A DNA stretch of 64,000 bases from Verrucomicrobiia bacterium (GCA_963664225.1 OY760937.1:2560001-2624000); one strand, 5' to 3'; positions 10,106 to 19,937 are shown, numbered from the stretch's first letter. Notes: generated by a model not told the origin, from the letters alone. Translations and numbers: made by a program.

Positions 10106-10191
10106 ATTCAAACATACAAGACTGGAAGTCTGCGCTACGGGTGGCGCGGGGGTGGGGACACCCCGGCCTTCAGGGTCGTGGGTTTATTCGA

Positions 10192-12597
10192 CTAGTGCAT
10201 CAGGGCCTGGCGGACTTTGTCGGCCAGGACTTCCCTGGTGAAAGGTTTTTGGAGGAAGTGAATGCCTTCCTCCAGAATGCCGTTGTGGGCGATGATGTCG
10301 GCGGTGTAGCCGGACATGAAGAGGCGCTTGAGGCCCGGGTGGAGCGAGAGCAGGCATTTGGCGAGGTCCTGTCCGTTCATTTCGGGCATGATCACGTCGG
10401 TGATCAAGAGGTGGATTTCTCCGGCGTGCCCGCTGGCCAGGCGGACGGCTTCGCCCGGGGTGCCGGCGGTGAGGACGGTGTAGCCCAGGCTTTCGAGGAC
10501 GCGCCTGCCGATAATCAAGATGGACGGTTCGTCCTCGACCAGGAGGATGGTCTCGAGACCGCGCACCGTCGGCACGGCTGGGCCTTCCCTGTGAATCGGC
10601 GGGGCTTCTTCGGCATGGCGCGGCACATGCAATTTGAAGGTTGTGCCGCAGCCCGGTTTGCTTTCGACATTAATGAATGCGTGATTTTGTTTTACGATGC
10701 CGTAAACGGTGGCCAACCCGAGACCCGTGCCTTTGCCAACGTCCTTGGTGGTGAAAAACGGCTCAAAGAGGTGCGTCAGCACTTCTTTATCCATGCCGCA
10801 ACCGTCATCGCTGAATGCGAGTGTCACATAATCGCCAGGGACAATGTCGGTGTGGGTTTGGCAATAGGCCTGGTCGATGGTGACGTTTTCTGTCTTGAGG
10901 GTGATTTTGCCCACGCCGCCGATGGCGTCCCGGGCGTTGAGGCAGAGGTTGGCGAGCACCTGGCCAACCTGGCCGGGATCGGCCTTGATCGGCCAGAGGC
11001 CCGTGGCGGGGTGCCACTCCAGGTCGATGTCCCCGCCGATGATCCCCCGCAGCATCTTGAGCATGGATTCCAGAGTCTCGTTGAGGTCCAGGATCTTGGG
11101 CGAGGCGATTTGTTTGCGGGCGAAGGCCAGAAGCTGGCGGGTGAGGTCCGCCGAGCGCCGGGCGCATTTTTCGATTTCCGCGAGGTTCTCACGATGCGGG
11201 CTGTCCGGCGGGAGGTCCTCGATGACCATGGCCGCGTTTCCCTGGATGACGGTGAGCATGCTGTTAAAATCGTGGGCCACACCGCCTGCCAGACGTCCGA
11301 CGGATTCCATTTTCTGCGCCTGGGTCAACTTCTCCTGGAGTTTCTCACGCTCTTCCTGCGAGTGTTTGATGTCTTGAATGTCCGTGCAGGTGCCAAACCA
11401 TTTAAGGATGCCTCCCTTTTCATCCAAAACAGGGACGCCGCGAATCAGCCACCAGCGATAAACGCCGTCCCGCCGGCGTAATCTGCATTCGAGCGAGTAG
11501 GTGGCATTGTTTGTGACTGCGTTCTGCCAGGCATCCCAGGCGCGTTGCTGGTCGTCGGGGTGGAAAGGTATGTTCCAGCCATGACCGTGGCTTTCTTCGG
11601 GTGTGAGTCCTGTGTATTCGAACCACTGTCGGTTGAAATAAATGTTCCAGCCATCGGCCCGGGTCGCCCAGACAATCTGGGGCATGGCCTCGGCCAGCAA
11701 ATGAAACTCCTTTTCGCTGGAAGCCAGCGCCTCCCCGGCCTGGACGCGTTCCGTGATGTCCTGGATGGTGCCGATCATGGCAACGATTTTTCCATCCGCG
11801 TCGAAACTGGTCTCTCCCAATCCATTGACCCACCGGACTTCGCCGTCGGACTTGCGGAGGATGCGGTATTCTTTATTGAATGGCCTGCGTTTCGCGATGA
11901 CTTCCTCTTTCAAGTAGCGGTCCATCATCTCCCGGTCATCCGGATGGGTGATGTCCAGCCAGCCGGGAACGCTCCTGACGTAGTTCTTGTCGATGCCGAA
12001 TATCTGGTCGAGGACTTCGGACGATTCCCAAAAACCCGCGACAAAGTCGGTTTTATAGGAACCAATAAATGCGACACGCTGCGATTCCTTGAAGAAGAAC
12101 TCGCTGTCCCGCAGGGCCTTCTCGGCCTGACTGCGCGAGGCCAGCTCCTCTTCCAGCTTCCGGGTGCGTTCGGCCACGAGCGCGGCGAGTTGGTCTTTCT
12201 CGAGGCGCTGCAGGCGATTTGCGGCCTTGATCCTGGCCATGACCCGAAGCTGGGCGAGCAATTCCACCTCATCCAGGGGCTTGGGGAGAAAGCCTTCGGC
12301 ACCGGCGTCCAAGGCCTGGATGCGGCTATCACGGTCGGTTATCAGGCCGGTGAGAAACACCACGGGAATGGACTGGAGGCGGTCGTCCTCCTTGAGTTCG
12401 CGGCAAACAGAAAACCCGTCCATGCCTGGCATCAGGATATCGAGCAGGACGACGTCTGGGTCCTCGGCGCGGGCCAGGGCGACTCCCTCGGGGCCACTCA
12501 AAGCGGTCAGGATTTCGGTCCCGGGCAACGCACCCCCCACGGCAGCCTTCAACATGATCAGGTCATTCGGGCTGTCGTCAATGGCGAGTATCTTCAT
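10192..12597 (-). CDS. Cytoplasmic hybrid sensor kinase (REC-PAS-PAS-HisKA-HATPase-REC)
   Basis: N-terminal REC (DILMPGMDG); two PAS_3-like domains; H-box AGGVAHDFNS; FEPFFTTK..GKGTGLGL; C-terminal REC. Confidence 0.93.
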   Translation of the reverse strand: MKILAIDDSPNDLIMLKAAVGGALPGTEILTALSGPEGVALARAEDPDVVLLDILMPGMDGFSVCRELKEDDRLQSIPVVFLTGLITDRDSRIQALDAGAEGFLPKPLDEVELLAQLRVMARIKAANRLQRLEKDQLAALVAERTRKLEEELASRSQAEKALRDSEFFFKESQRVAFIGSYKTDFVAGFWESSEVLDQIFGIDKNYVRSVPGWLDITHPDDREMMDRYLKEEVIAKRRPFNKEYRILRKSDGEVRWVNGLGETSFDADGKIVAMIGTIQDITERVQAGEALASSEKEFHLLAEAMPQIVWATRADGWNIYFNRQWFEYTGLTPEESHGHGWNIPFHPDDQQRAWDAWQNAVTNNATYSLECRLRRRDGVYRWWLIRGVPVLDEKGGILKWFGTCTDIQDIKHSQEEREKLQEKLTQAQKMESVGRLAGGVAHDFNSMLTVIQGNAAMVIEDLPPDSPHRENLAEIEKCARRSADLTRQLLAFARKQIASPKILDLNETLESMLKMLRGIIGGDIDLEWHPATGLWPIKADPGQVGQVLANLCLNARDAIGGVGKITLKTENVTIDQAYCQTHTDIVPGDYVTLAFSDDGCGMDKEVLTHLFEPFFTTKDVGKGTGLGLATVYGIVKQNHAFINVESKPGCGTTFKLHVPRHAEEAPPIHREGPAVPTVRGLETILLVEDEPSILIIGRRVLESLGYTVLTAGTPGEAVRLASGHAGEIHLLITDVIMPEMNGQDLAKCLLSLHPGLKRLFMSGYTADIIAHNGILEEGIHFLQKPFTREVLADKVRQALMH

Positions 12598-12897
12598 GGG
12601 ATTATTGACCAGGGATTACGGCGATACGACCATGGATGGGGCTGAGACGACGGAGGAAAGGAATTGCAGGGATGGCTGGAAAAAGCGGACACAGGATTGG
12701 AGGGACTTCATTGGTCAGATTGGTCAGCCAATTCTGGAATTGAATCATCCTCCGGGCATGGATATTGCGTTTCATCATGCTGTGATAGATGGCGACATCT
12801 TGACTTAAAACGGGGGTGGATGCAAGACAATGCGATGTGAATCGAGGAATTTCCACATATCAGGCAAGGCTGCAAAATCGATACCCATGGTCCGCGC

Positions 12898-14349
12898 TTG
12901 ACGTTCGTGCTCTTCGAAATATGCTCGCAGATATTACGCCTGATGCATTTACGATCCAGACCCATTACGCAAGGAATCTCATTGAACATCCCGTTTTTAC
13001 CATGCCTGCTGGCCGCCCTCTGCGAGCTGTGTGTTTTCGCCGCGCAGCCTTCGCTGCCCGCGCCCAAGATGACGTTCCTGGATAATGGCGAGGTGCGCAT
13101 CGGCATGGACCTGGCGCTCGGCGGCGCGGTGACTTTCATTTCGAGCAAGGACCATCCGGGCAATATCATCAATAGCGCCGATCTGGGGCGACAGATCCAG
13201 ATGTCCCATTACTCGGGGCCCTGGCCTTATGTAGTGGGGGACAAAAAGCCGTATCCGGCGTGGGCGGGCCTGGGCTGGAATCCGATCCAGACCGGGGATT
13301 GTTACTTGAATCCATCGCGGGTGGTGGAGCACCGCAACGACGGCCGGGAACTCTATATCAAATGTATTCCCATGCAGTGGCCGCTCGAGAATGTGCCCGG
13401 CGAATGCGTTTTCGAGACCTGGACGACGCTGGATGGTCCGGTCATTCACATGCGTTACCGCTGCACCAACCAGCGCCCGGATAAGACCGTGTACCGCCCC
13501 TGCCCGCAGGAATTGCCCGCCGTTTATACCATCTCCAAGTTGTGGCGCCTGATGTCCTATACGGGCGACAAACCGTTTACCGGGGACGCGCTGACGCATG
13601 TCACAAACGATTGGCATCAGCCCTGGCCGTGGAAGCGATTCATGGGGACCGAACGCTGGGCCGCGCTGGTGGATGACCGTGATTGGGGCCTGGGTGTGTT
13701 CAAGGACGATGGCGGGGAGTTCCATGGGGGCATCCATGGGGACGGACGTTCGGACGATCCCAAGCACGGTTCCACGGCGTATGTGGCCCCGATTCATGTG
13801 GAAATGTTCGACCACAATATCGTGTATGAGCACCGCACGGAATATGTGGTGGGAACGCTCGCCGACATCCGCAAACGTTTCAACGAGATGGCCACGAAAG
13901 CCGCACCGGCCTGGCGTTTTGATAAAGACCGGCAGCACTGGACGCTGGTGAACGCCAGCGATCAGGGGTTTCCGCTGAAGGGTGAATGGCGGATCAAGTT
14001 CGACGCCAACAAGGCCGGTCTGCCGCGCCTGCAAAGCGCCCCGCGAAGCTGGCGTGCCGAGAGCGCGCCGGGCATGGATCTGGAGATGGCCTGCACCGGG
14101 GAGACCAAAGCGGTGCGGATATTCTGGAAACGTCTTGGCGACGATAATTTCGATAAGACGAAAAGCCTCACATTGAACCTGAATGCGGATGGCAAGTTCC
14201 ACAACTACCATATCTACCATATCGACCTGGCGTCATCGACCGAGTACCGCGGCCTCATTCTAGGAGTGGCGATCGAGCCAGTGGACCAACCGCGGGCGGG
14301 GGACGAGTTGGTCATCAAATCGATTAAGATGTCAGCCACGCGAAAGTAA
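12898..14349 (+). CDS. Secreted hypothetical protein, possibly carbohydrate-active (start uncertain, maybe 12943)
   Basis: Long ORF with a hydrophobic signal-like segment; Trp/Gly-rich beta character; abuts the next gene. Confidence 0.6.
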   Translation: MTFVLFEICSQILRLMHLRSRPITQGISLNIPFLPCLLAALCELCVFAAQPSLPAPKMTFLDNGEVRIGMDLALGGAVTFISSKDHPGNIINSADLGRQIQMSHYSGPWPYVVGDKKPYPAWAGLGWNPIQTGDCYLNPSRVVEHRNDGRELYIKCIPMQWPLENVPGECVFETWTTLDGPVIHMRYRCTNQRPDKTVYRPCPQELPAVYTISKLWRLMSYTGDKPFTGDALTHVTNDWHQPWPWKRFMGTERWAALVDDRDWGLGVFKDDGGEFHGGIHGDGRSDDPKHGSTAYVAPIHVEMFDHNIVYEHRTEYVVGTLADIRKRFNEMATKAAPAWRFDKDRQHWTLVNASDQGFPLKGEWRIKFDANKAGLPRLQSAPRSWRAESAPGMDLEMACTGETKAVRIFWKRLGDDNFDKTKSLTLNLNADGKFHNYHIYHIDLASSTEYRGLILGVAIEPVDQPRAGDELVIKSIKMSATRK

Positions 14350-15732
14350 ATGGCTCATCTCCCAAACAAGTTCATGAAAAAGCATCATACCGATTGGCGG
14401 CGGTCCGCGCTGGGTTCCTTTTTGGGCGCCTTGTTTATTGCCATGGCGGCCCAGACCACGAATGCTGTAAATGCCGCACAACCTGCCGAGGATTATGCGA
14501 ATTTCACCGCGGACGGGGGCTGGTGCTGGTTTTCCGATCCGCGCGCTGTCACGCGGGACGGAAAATCCTATGCGGGTTGGGTGACGGAGAATGGCTCGGT
14601 CCAGGCGGGCGTGCTCGATCCTCGAAGCGGGAGAGTCACGACTGTGAACCTGCATTCGCAATACGAACGGGACGATCACGACGCCCCGTCGTTTCTCTTC
14701 CTACCGGATGGGCGGCTCATGGCGTTTTATTCAAAACACGGCGGGCCGGAAATGAACGCCCGGGTGACCGTGCGCCCCGGGGATATGAGCGAGTGGGAGG
14801 CGGAACGTGTTCTGGACATCAGCGCCAGGCCGCGTCCACGCCAGACCATCACCTATTCGAACCCGATGATGCTCTCCGATGAAAGCAACGCCATTTATCT
14901 CTTCTGGCGTGGAGACACCTGGAAACCGACCTTCAGCAAATCCATGGACAGCGGCCAGACCTGGACCCCGGGACAAGTCGTCACCGCGCGGCCGGGCGCG
15001 GGCGGCAACAATCGTCCCTATGCGAAGTATGCGTCCAATGGCAAAGACCGGATTCACATCATCTTTACCGATGGGCATCCCCGGGATGAAGCGCAGAACA
15101 GTGTCTATTACGCGTGTTATCGCAACGGCGCATTTTATAAGGCTGACGGCACGCGGATTGCCGGGATGGACCAACTGCCGTTCACCCCTGAACAGGCGGA
15201 CTGTGTGTATGACGCGAAGAAGGCGGGAATACGCGCCTGGGTCTATGACGTGGCGGCGGACAAGGATAATCGTCCGGTGATTGCCTACACGCGTCTGCCC
15301 GCTGAGACTGATCATCGGTATCACTACGCGCGCTGGGACGGAACGAAGTGGCTGGACAAGGAAATGTGTTCGGGCGGCAGGTGGTTTCCGCAGACAACGC
15401 CCGGAAAGGTTGAATCCGAACCGCACTACTCCGGCGGGTTGGCGCTGGATCCTGCCAACCCTTCCGTGGTGTATTTGTCGCGTCCGGTTTCAGGCGTGCG
15501 CGAGATTGAAAAGTGGGTAACCCGTGACGACGGCACCACGTGGCAAACCAATGCCGTCACCACACACTCGAAGTTCGACAACATCCGTCCGGTGGTCGTG
15601 CGCAACGCCGCCCCCGATGGCCCGACCGTGCTTTGGCTCAATATCGACGGGCGCTATCGGCATTACACCGATTATCAGGTGGCGGTGAAAATGGATCGTC
15701 CGGCGAAAGTGGTCAGCGAACCAGCCCGGTAA
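14350..15732 (+). CDS. BNR-4 repeat-family secreted beta-propeller protein
   Basis: GGWCWFSDPRA, DDHDAP, TYSNP, Asp-box S.DSGQTW, TDGHPR and TRDDGTTW. Confidence 0.8.
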   Translation: MAHLPNKFMKKHHTDWRRSALGSFLGALFIAMAAQTTNAVNAAQPAEDYANFTADGGWCWFSDPRAVTRDGKSYAGWVTENGSVQAGVLDPRSGRVTTVNLHSQYERDDHDAPSFLFLPDGRLMAFYSKHGGPEMNARVTVRPGDMSEWEAERVLDISARPRPRQTITYSNPMMLSDESNAIYLFWRGDTWKPTFSKSMDSGQTWTPGQVVTARPGAGGNNRPYAKYASNGKDRIHIIFTDGHPRDEAQNSVYYACYRNGAFYKADGTRIAGMDQLPFTPEQADCVYDAKKAGIRAWVYDVAADKDNRPVIAYTRLPAETDHRYHYARWDGTKWLDKEMCSGGRWFPQTTPGKVESEPHYSGGLALDPANPSVVYLSRPVSGVREIEKWVTRDDGTTWQTNAVTTHSKFDNIRPVVVRNAAPDGPTVLWLNIDGRYRHYTDYQVAVKMDRPAKVVSEPAR

Positions 15733-15746
15733 ACAGATTTTGCGGC

Positions 15747-16364
15747 CTACTTCTGACCCGGAGAGATGGCCTCGACCTTTTTGTTGGCTTCCTTGAGGAA
15801 GTCGGCGAACTGCGGCAGGCCATCGGCGAGGTTGGTTGTGAGGAACACATCCACGGCCTCCCTGGCCATCCAATCTCCCCAGATCATGGAGCCCATGCAG
15901 AGGGCGTTGGCGTTGTTGATCGCCCGACACATTTTGGCGGCAAAAACCGATTCGACCACCGCGGCGGTGACTCCTTTGAAGCGGTTTGCAACGATCGACA
16001 TGCCCATGCCTGTGCCGCACATGAGAATGGCACGGTCCGCTTTTCCCGCCTGCAGAGCTTTGCTGGCGGTGACACCGCACTCGAAATACGGAATCTCTTT
16101 TTCAGCCGTCGATCCGAGATCGATGATTTCGTGTCCCTTTTCCTTCAGGTATTCGGCGACGGCTTTTTTCAAGGACATTGCAAACGGGTCGGCGGCGATA
16201 ATCACTTTCATTGTATTCTTCTTCTGTTGATCGGTTGAGGACTGGTTTTCTGCGGCCTGGACGCCAGAGGTGGCTTCATGGAATCCCCATGCGCCCAATG
16301 CGGCCCCGGCGGTCAGCAGGGTTCCGGCTTCCTTGAGGAACACGCGTCGATTGGTCGGTTTCAT
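15747..16364 (-). CDS. RpiB/LacA/LacB-family sugar-phosphate isomerase with N-terminal Tat-like signal
   Basis: CGTGMGMSIVANRFKGV and A...RAINNANALCMG; N-terminus TNRRVFLK plus hydrophobic helix; internal Met at 16211. Confidence 0.85.
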   Translation of the reverse strand: MKPTNRRVFLKEAGTLLTAGAALGAWGFHEATSGVQAAENQSSTDQQKKNTMKVIIAADPFAMSLKKAVAEYLKEKGHEIIDLGSTAEKEIPYFECGVTASKALQAGKADRAILMCGTGMGMSIVANRFKGVTAAVVESVFAAKMCRAINNANALCMGSMIWGDWMAREAVDVFLTTNLADGLPQFADFLKEANKKVEAISPGQK

Positions 16365-16652
16365 GATGTTATAATTATGTGCAACGGTCAGAGGCTATCC
16401 CTTGCGCATGGATCGTCAAGGACTCAAACGGGGTGGCGCGGACGGCGTTGGGGTAAGAGAAAACGCCGGGTCAGGGGACCCGGCCTACAGGGCTGGAACG
16501 ATGGGATACGCCCGCACGTCGAGATTGTCGAAGAACCCGCTTGCCACACGGCGCGGGCGGATGGAAATTAGCCGCCAATGAAAGCCACGAAAATTCCATG
16601 CCCGGCCCATCGCGGAACATTCAAAAACAGCTTTTTGCTCAGGGCATTGAGC

Positions 16653-17744
16653 ATGCACCTGACGACTCTCCTCCTCGCCGTGTTGGTGTGTGTGGGCGCG
16701 GTTACGGTCCGGTCTGAACCGGCGCCGGTGCGCTATGCCATCGTGGGATTGGTTCACGATCATGCGCGCGGGTTCATCCCGGCGGCCAGCACGCGGCAGG
16801 ATATTCAGTTGGTTGCCATCGTGGAACCGGACAGGGAACTCGCGGCGCGTTACGCCAAAGAATACAAGCTAAACACCAATATTTTCTACACCACAATCGA
16901 GGAGATGCTGGACAAAGCCAATGTGCAGGCGGTGGCCACATTTACGAGCACGTTCGATCACAAGCGCGTGGTGGAGGCCTGCGCCGCGCGCGGGATTCAT
17001 GTCATGATGGAAAAGCCGCTGGCGGTGAGCATGAAGCACGCGCGCGCCATCGAAGCCGCCGCGAAGAAGGGCGGCATCCAAGTGGTGGTGAATTACGAGA
17101 CCACCTGGTACCCGGCCAACCATGCGGCGTATGCGCTGGTTCAGGACCCGGGCCAGATCGGCGATCTGCGAAAGATCGTTGTTCATGATGGGCATCAGGG
17201 GCCGAAGGAGATTGGATGTTCGGCGGCATTTTTAAATTGGCTCACCGATCCCGTGCTCAATGGCGGCGGCGCTCTCATGGATTTTGGCTGTTACGGCGCG
17301 GATCTGATCACCTGGTTGATGCAGGGACAGCGCCCCACGTCGGTCTTCGCAGTCACGCAGCAAATCAAACCGCAGGTGTATCCCAAGGTGGACGACGAGG
17401 CGACCATTGTGGTGACCTATCCGCACGCCCAGGGGATCATCCAGGCCTCGTGGAACTGGCCGTATAACCGGAAGGATATGGAGATCTATGGCGCGACCGG
17501 CTGCCTGATGATTCCCGAGAAGAACACTCTGCGGATGCGCAAAGGCAATGCCGCGGAAAAAGAGTCGCCGGTGTCGCCGCTCGCAGGACCGAACGCTGAT
17601 CCGCTCTCCTACCTCGCGGCGGTCGTGCGTGGCGAGATTAAACCTTCAGGCCTGTCCTCGCTGGAAGTGAACATGGTGGCCACGGAAATTCTGGAAGCCG
17701 CCCGCAAGTCCGCACAAACCGGCAAGCGCGTGATGTTTCATTGA
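16653..17744 (+). CDS. Gfo/Idh/MocA oxidoreductase with signal peptide
   Basis: MMEKPLA and GGGALMDFGCYG; ATG at 16653 precedes a signal-like segment (track start 16578). Confidence 0.88.
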   Translation: MHLTTLLLAVLVCVGAVTVRSEPAPVRYAIVGLVHDHARGFIPAASTRQDIQLVAIVEPDRELAARYAKEYKLNTNIFYTTIEEMLDKANVQAVATFTSTFDHKRVVEACAARGIHVMMEKPLAVSMKHARAIEAAAKKGGIQVVVNYETTWYPANHAAYALVQDPGQIGDLRKIVVHDGHQGPKEIGCSAAFLNWLTDPVLNGGGALMDFGCYGADLITWLMQGQRPTSVFAVTQQIKPQVYPKVDDEATIVVTYPHAQGIIQASWNWPYNRKDMEIYGATGCLMIPEKNTLRMRKGNAAEKESPVSPLAGPNADPLSYLAAVVRGEIKPSGLSSLEVNMVATEILEAARKSAQTGKRVMFH

Positions 17745-17750
17745 GAAGAC

Positions 17751-18158
17751 TGGAAGTTAGCCGGGATGTATCTGACGATTGACTTGAAAGGTCTTAATGG
17801 CGCGTGGCGCAGGTTCTCAACATTCCGGATCGCCGACTCACAGTCAATGGGGCGCCTGATAGTTCGCTCGATTGCAGGTTGGAAACCTGCGAAACGGCAG
17901 ACTGGAAGTCTGCGCTACGGGTTGTGAAGCGCAATTTCGCTCCAGTCTGTGGAGTCCGCTGCCGACTCACAGTCAATGGGGCGCCTGATAGTTCGCTCGA
18001 TTGCAGGTTGGAAACCTGCGAAACGGCAGACTGGAAGTCTGCGCTACGGGTGGTGAAGCGCAATTTCGCTCCAGTCTGTGGAGTTCGCTGCCGACTTACA
18101 TTCCATGGAGCGTCTGATATTTCGCTCGATTGCAGGTTGGAAACCTGCGAAACGGCAG
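17751..18158 (+). repeat. Leader plus tandem 129-bp REP-like units (empty IS110 targets at 17899 and 18028; occupied at 18157)
   Basis: gcaggttggaaacctgcgaaacggcagactggaagtctgcgctac recurs at a 129-bp period. Confidence 0.92.
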
Positions 18159-18166
18159 CAACGGTG

Positions 18167-19105
18167 TCATGGAGCAACACAGAATCTGGGATCTTTTAGG
18201 GCATGATTCATCAATACGATGAGTTTCCGCATCACTGCTGTCAGCGCCACTTTGGGCTTCTTGCCCGCCGCCCGCAGCCTCTTATAAAAGGCCTTGAGGA
18301 TGGAATTGCAGCGCACCGCTGCCACGGAGGCCATGTAGAGGGCGCGGCGCACCCCGGTCCGGCCGCCACCAATGTGACGCTGGCCTTCCCAAGGGCCGCT
18401 CTGGCGCACCCACGGGGCCAGCCCCGCCAGGGCTGCCGCCTGGCCCCGGTTGAGGGTTCCCAGTTCGGGCATCTGCGCCACTACCGTCACGGCCGTCAGC
18501 ATCCCCACGCCGGGAATTTCCGCCAGGCGGGTGACTTGTTTTTGCTCGACGGCGTGGCGGGCCAGGGCGGCGGTTAATTCGGCCAGCACTGCGGCCAAAC
18601 GGCTTTCCAGATGCCGTATCAGCTTGGCGTGTTCGGTGCGGACGAAGGGTGAGTCGTGGTGTTCGGCCTGATTTTTGGCGATGGTCAGGAGATCTTTGAG
18701 TTGTTCGCGCCAGGTCACCAGGGCGGTGAGCTCAGTGTGGGCTGGCGTCGGGGCGGTGGTGGCAGCGGGCTCCAGGGCCTTGCCGAAGGCGCTCAGGCTG
18801 GCAGCATCGATCGGATCGCTCTTGGCCCGCTGGCCGGTGGCGCGGGCGAAGGCACGGGTCTGGGCCGGGTTGACCACGCTGACGGGTAAACCGGCCGTGT
18901 GAAGTGCCGCCACGACGGCACGCTCATAGCCGCCAGTGGCTTCGAGGATCACGTGGGCACCGGGCACAGCACCCAGACATTGGACCAGTTGTGTGTGCCC
19001 CGCCGCATCGTTGGTCACGTCCAGGAGCCGTCCGGGAAGGTGAAGTTGGAGAGTGGCCTTGGCGACGTCCAGACCGACATGGACAGGGGCGGATTTTTCA
19101 GTCAT
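18167..19105 (-). CDS. IS110 DEDD recombinase/transposase, copy 2
   Basis: Protein identical to copy 1. Confidence 0.96.
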   Translation of the reverse strand: MTEKSAPVHVGLDVAKATLQLHLPGRLLDVTNDAAGHTQLVQCLGAVPGAHVILEATGGYERAVVAALHTAGLPVSVVNPAQTRAFARATGQRAKSDPIDAASLSAFGKALEPAATTAPTPAHTELTALVTWREQLKDLLTIAKNQAEHHDSPFVRTEHAKLIRHLESRLAAVLAELTAALARHAVEQKQVTRLAEIPGVGMLTAVTVVAQMPELGTLNRGQAAALAGLAPWVRQSGPWEGQRHIGGGRTGVRRALYMASVAAVRCNSILKAFYKRLRAAGKKPKVALTAVMRKLIVLMNHALKDPRFCVAP

Positions 19106-19340
19106 AATATTAAAGTTGTTCGGACTCATTCTTGCAAATACGAGCTGGCGTTGTAACACGCCGCTCTGGTAACGGTTCGAGTTTCGGACAAAGGCGAGCG
19201 CGATTCATGCTGCCGTACGGTCTGGCTTTCACCAGACCAAGATTGGAACGAACACGCGTCCGCCGTCCCTTCCCCGCCTGCAGGCGGGGAAGGGACACCA
19301 CTTCTTTCTTGTTCAACGCGAACCAACAAACAAGTGGCAA
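19106..19340 (-). ncRNA. Predicted IS110 bridge RNA, copy 2 (ends approximate)
   Basis: Sequence reads identical to 9871-10105. Confidence 0.85.
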
Positions 19341-19355
19341 ATTCAAACATACAAG

Positions 19356-19870
19356 ACTGGAAGTCTGCGCTACGGGTGGTGAAGCGCAATTTCGTTCCAG
19401 TCTGTGGAGTCCGCTGCCGACTCACAGTCAATGGGGCGTTTGATAGTTCGCTCGATTGCAGGTTGGAAACCTGCGAAACGGCAGACTGGAAGTCTGCGCT
19501 ACATGGAAAAGGTTTTGCGATTCCTGCCGGGACTGTAAGTTTGAGACGGTTCGCAGATTGGCAATCTGCGATACAGCAGCTTAGGCAAGCTGCGCTACGA
19601 ACTGCGGTGACGGCGCGCAGAGGACTGCACGCCCTACCACGAGCGAAACGGCGGTCGCGAACCGGAGAAGTTTGTTCGGTGCATTGAAAATTTGAAAAGG
19701 CCGGAAGTTAGCGGGGCTGTTTCTGACGATTGACTTGAAAGGTCTTAATGGCGCGTGGCGCAGGTTCTCAACATTCCGGACTGCCGACTCACAGTCAATG
19801 GGGCGCCTGATAGTTCGCTCGATTGCAGGTTGGAAACCTGCGAGACGGCGGACTGGAAGTCTGCGCTACG
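19356..19870 (+). repeat. Continuation of REP cluster (empty target at 19483; variant at about 19850 with AG core changed to GG; copy of the 17751 leader at 19703)
   Basis: Direct sequence comparison with 17751-18158. Confidence 0.88.
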
Positions 19871-19937
19871 TATTTTAGTTCCATAGCGCGGCCAGATTTT
19901 TCTCGAAACGTTTTGCGCCTGGCGTAGGGTGTCTCGC

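Larger units (their letters stand above)
8922..10120 (-). mobile_element. IS110-family element, copy 1 (about 1.2 kb, bounded by AG/CT cores)
   Basis: Empty target aaacggcAGactggaag; junctions aaacggcAG|caacgg at 8922-8923 and catacaAG|actgga at 10119-10120. No terminal inverted repeats. Confidence 0.95.
18157..19355 (-). mobile_element. IS110-family element, copy 2 (apparently identical to copy 1, offset 9235 bp)
   Basis: Same junctions with AG cores at 18157-18158 and 19354-19355; identical translation and non-coding end. Confidence 0.95.

Noticed and set aside
10099..11481. Long antisense ORFs (also 19875-21182, 22138-23550, 41947-43599, 43983-45266, 57972-59414)
   Set aside because: Shadow frames of well-supported genes in GC-rich DNA.
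17794..18199. 128-aa and 131-aa repeat ORFs
   Set aside because: Translations of the 129-bp REP unit; no independent sign of coding.
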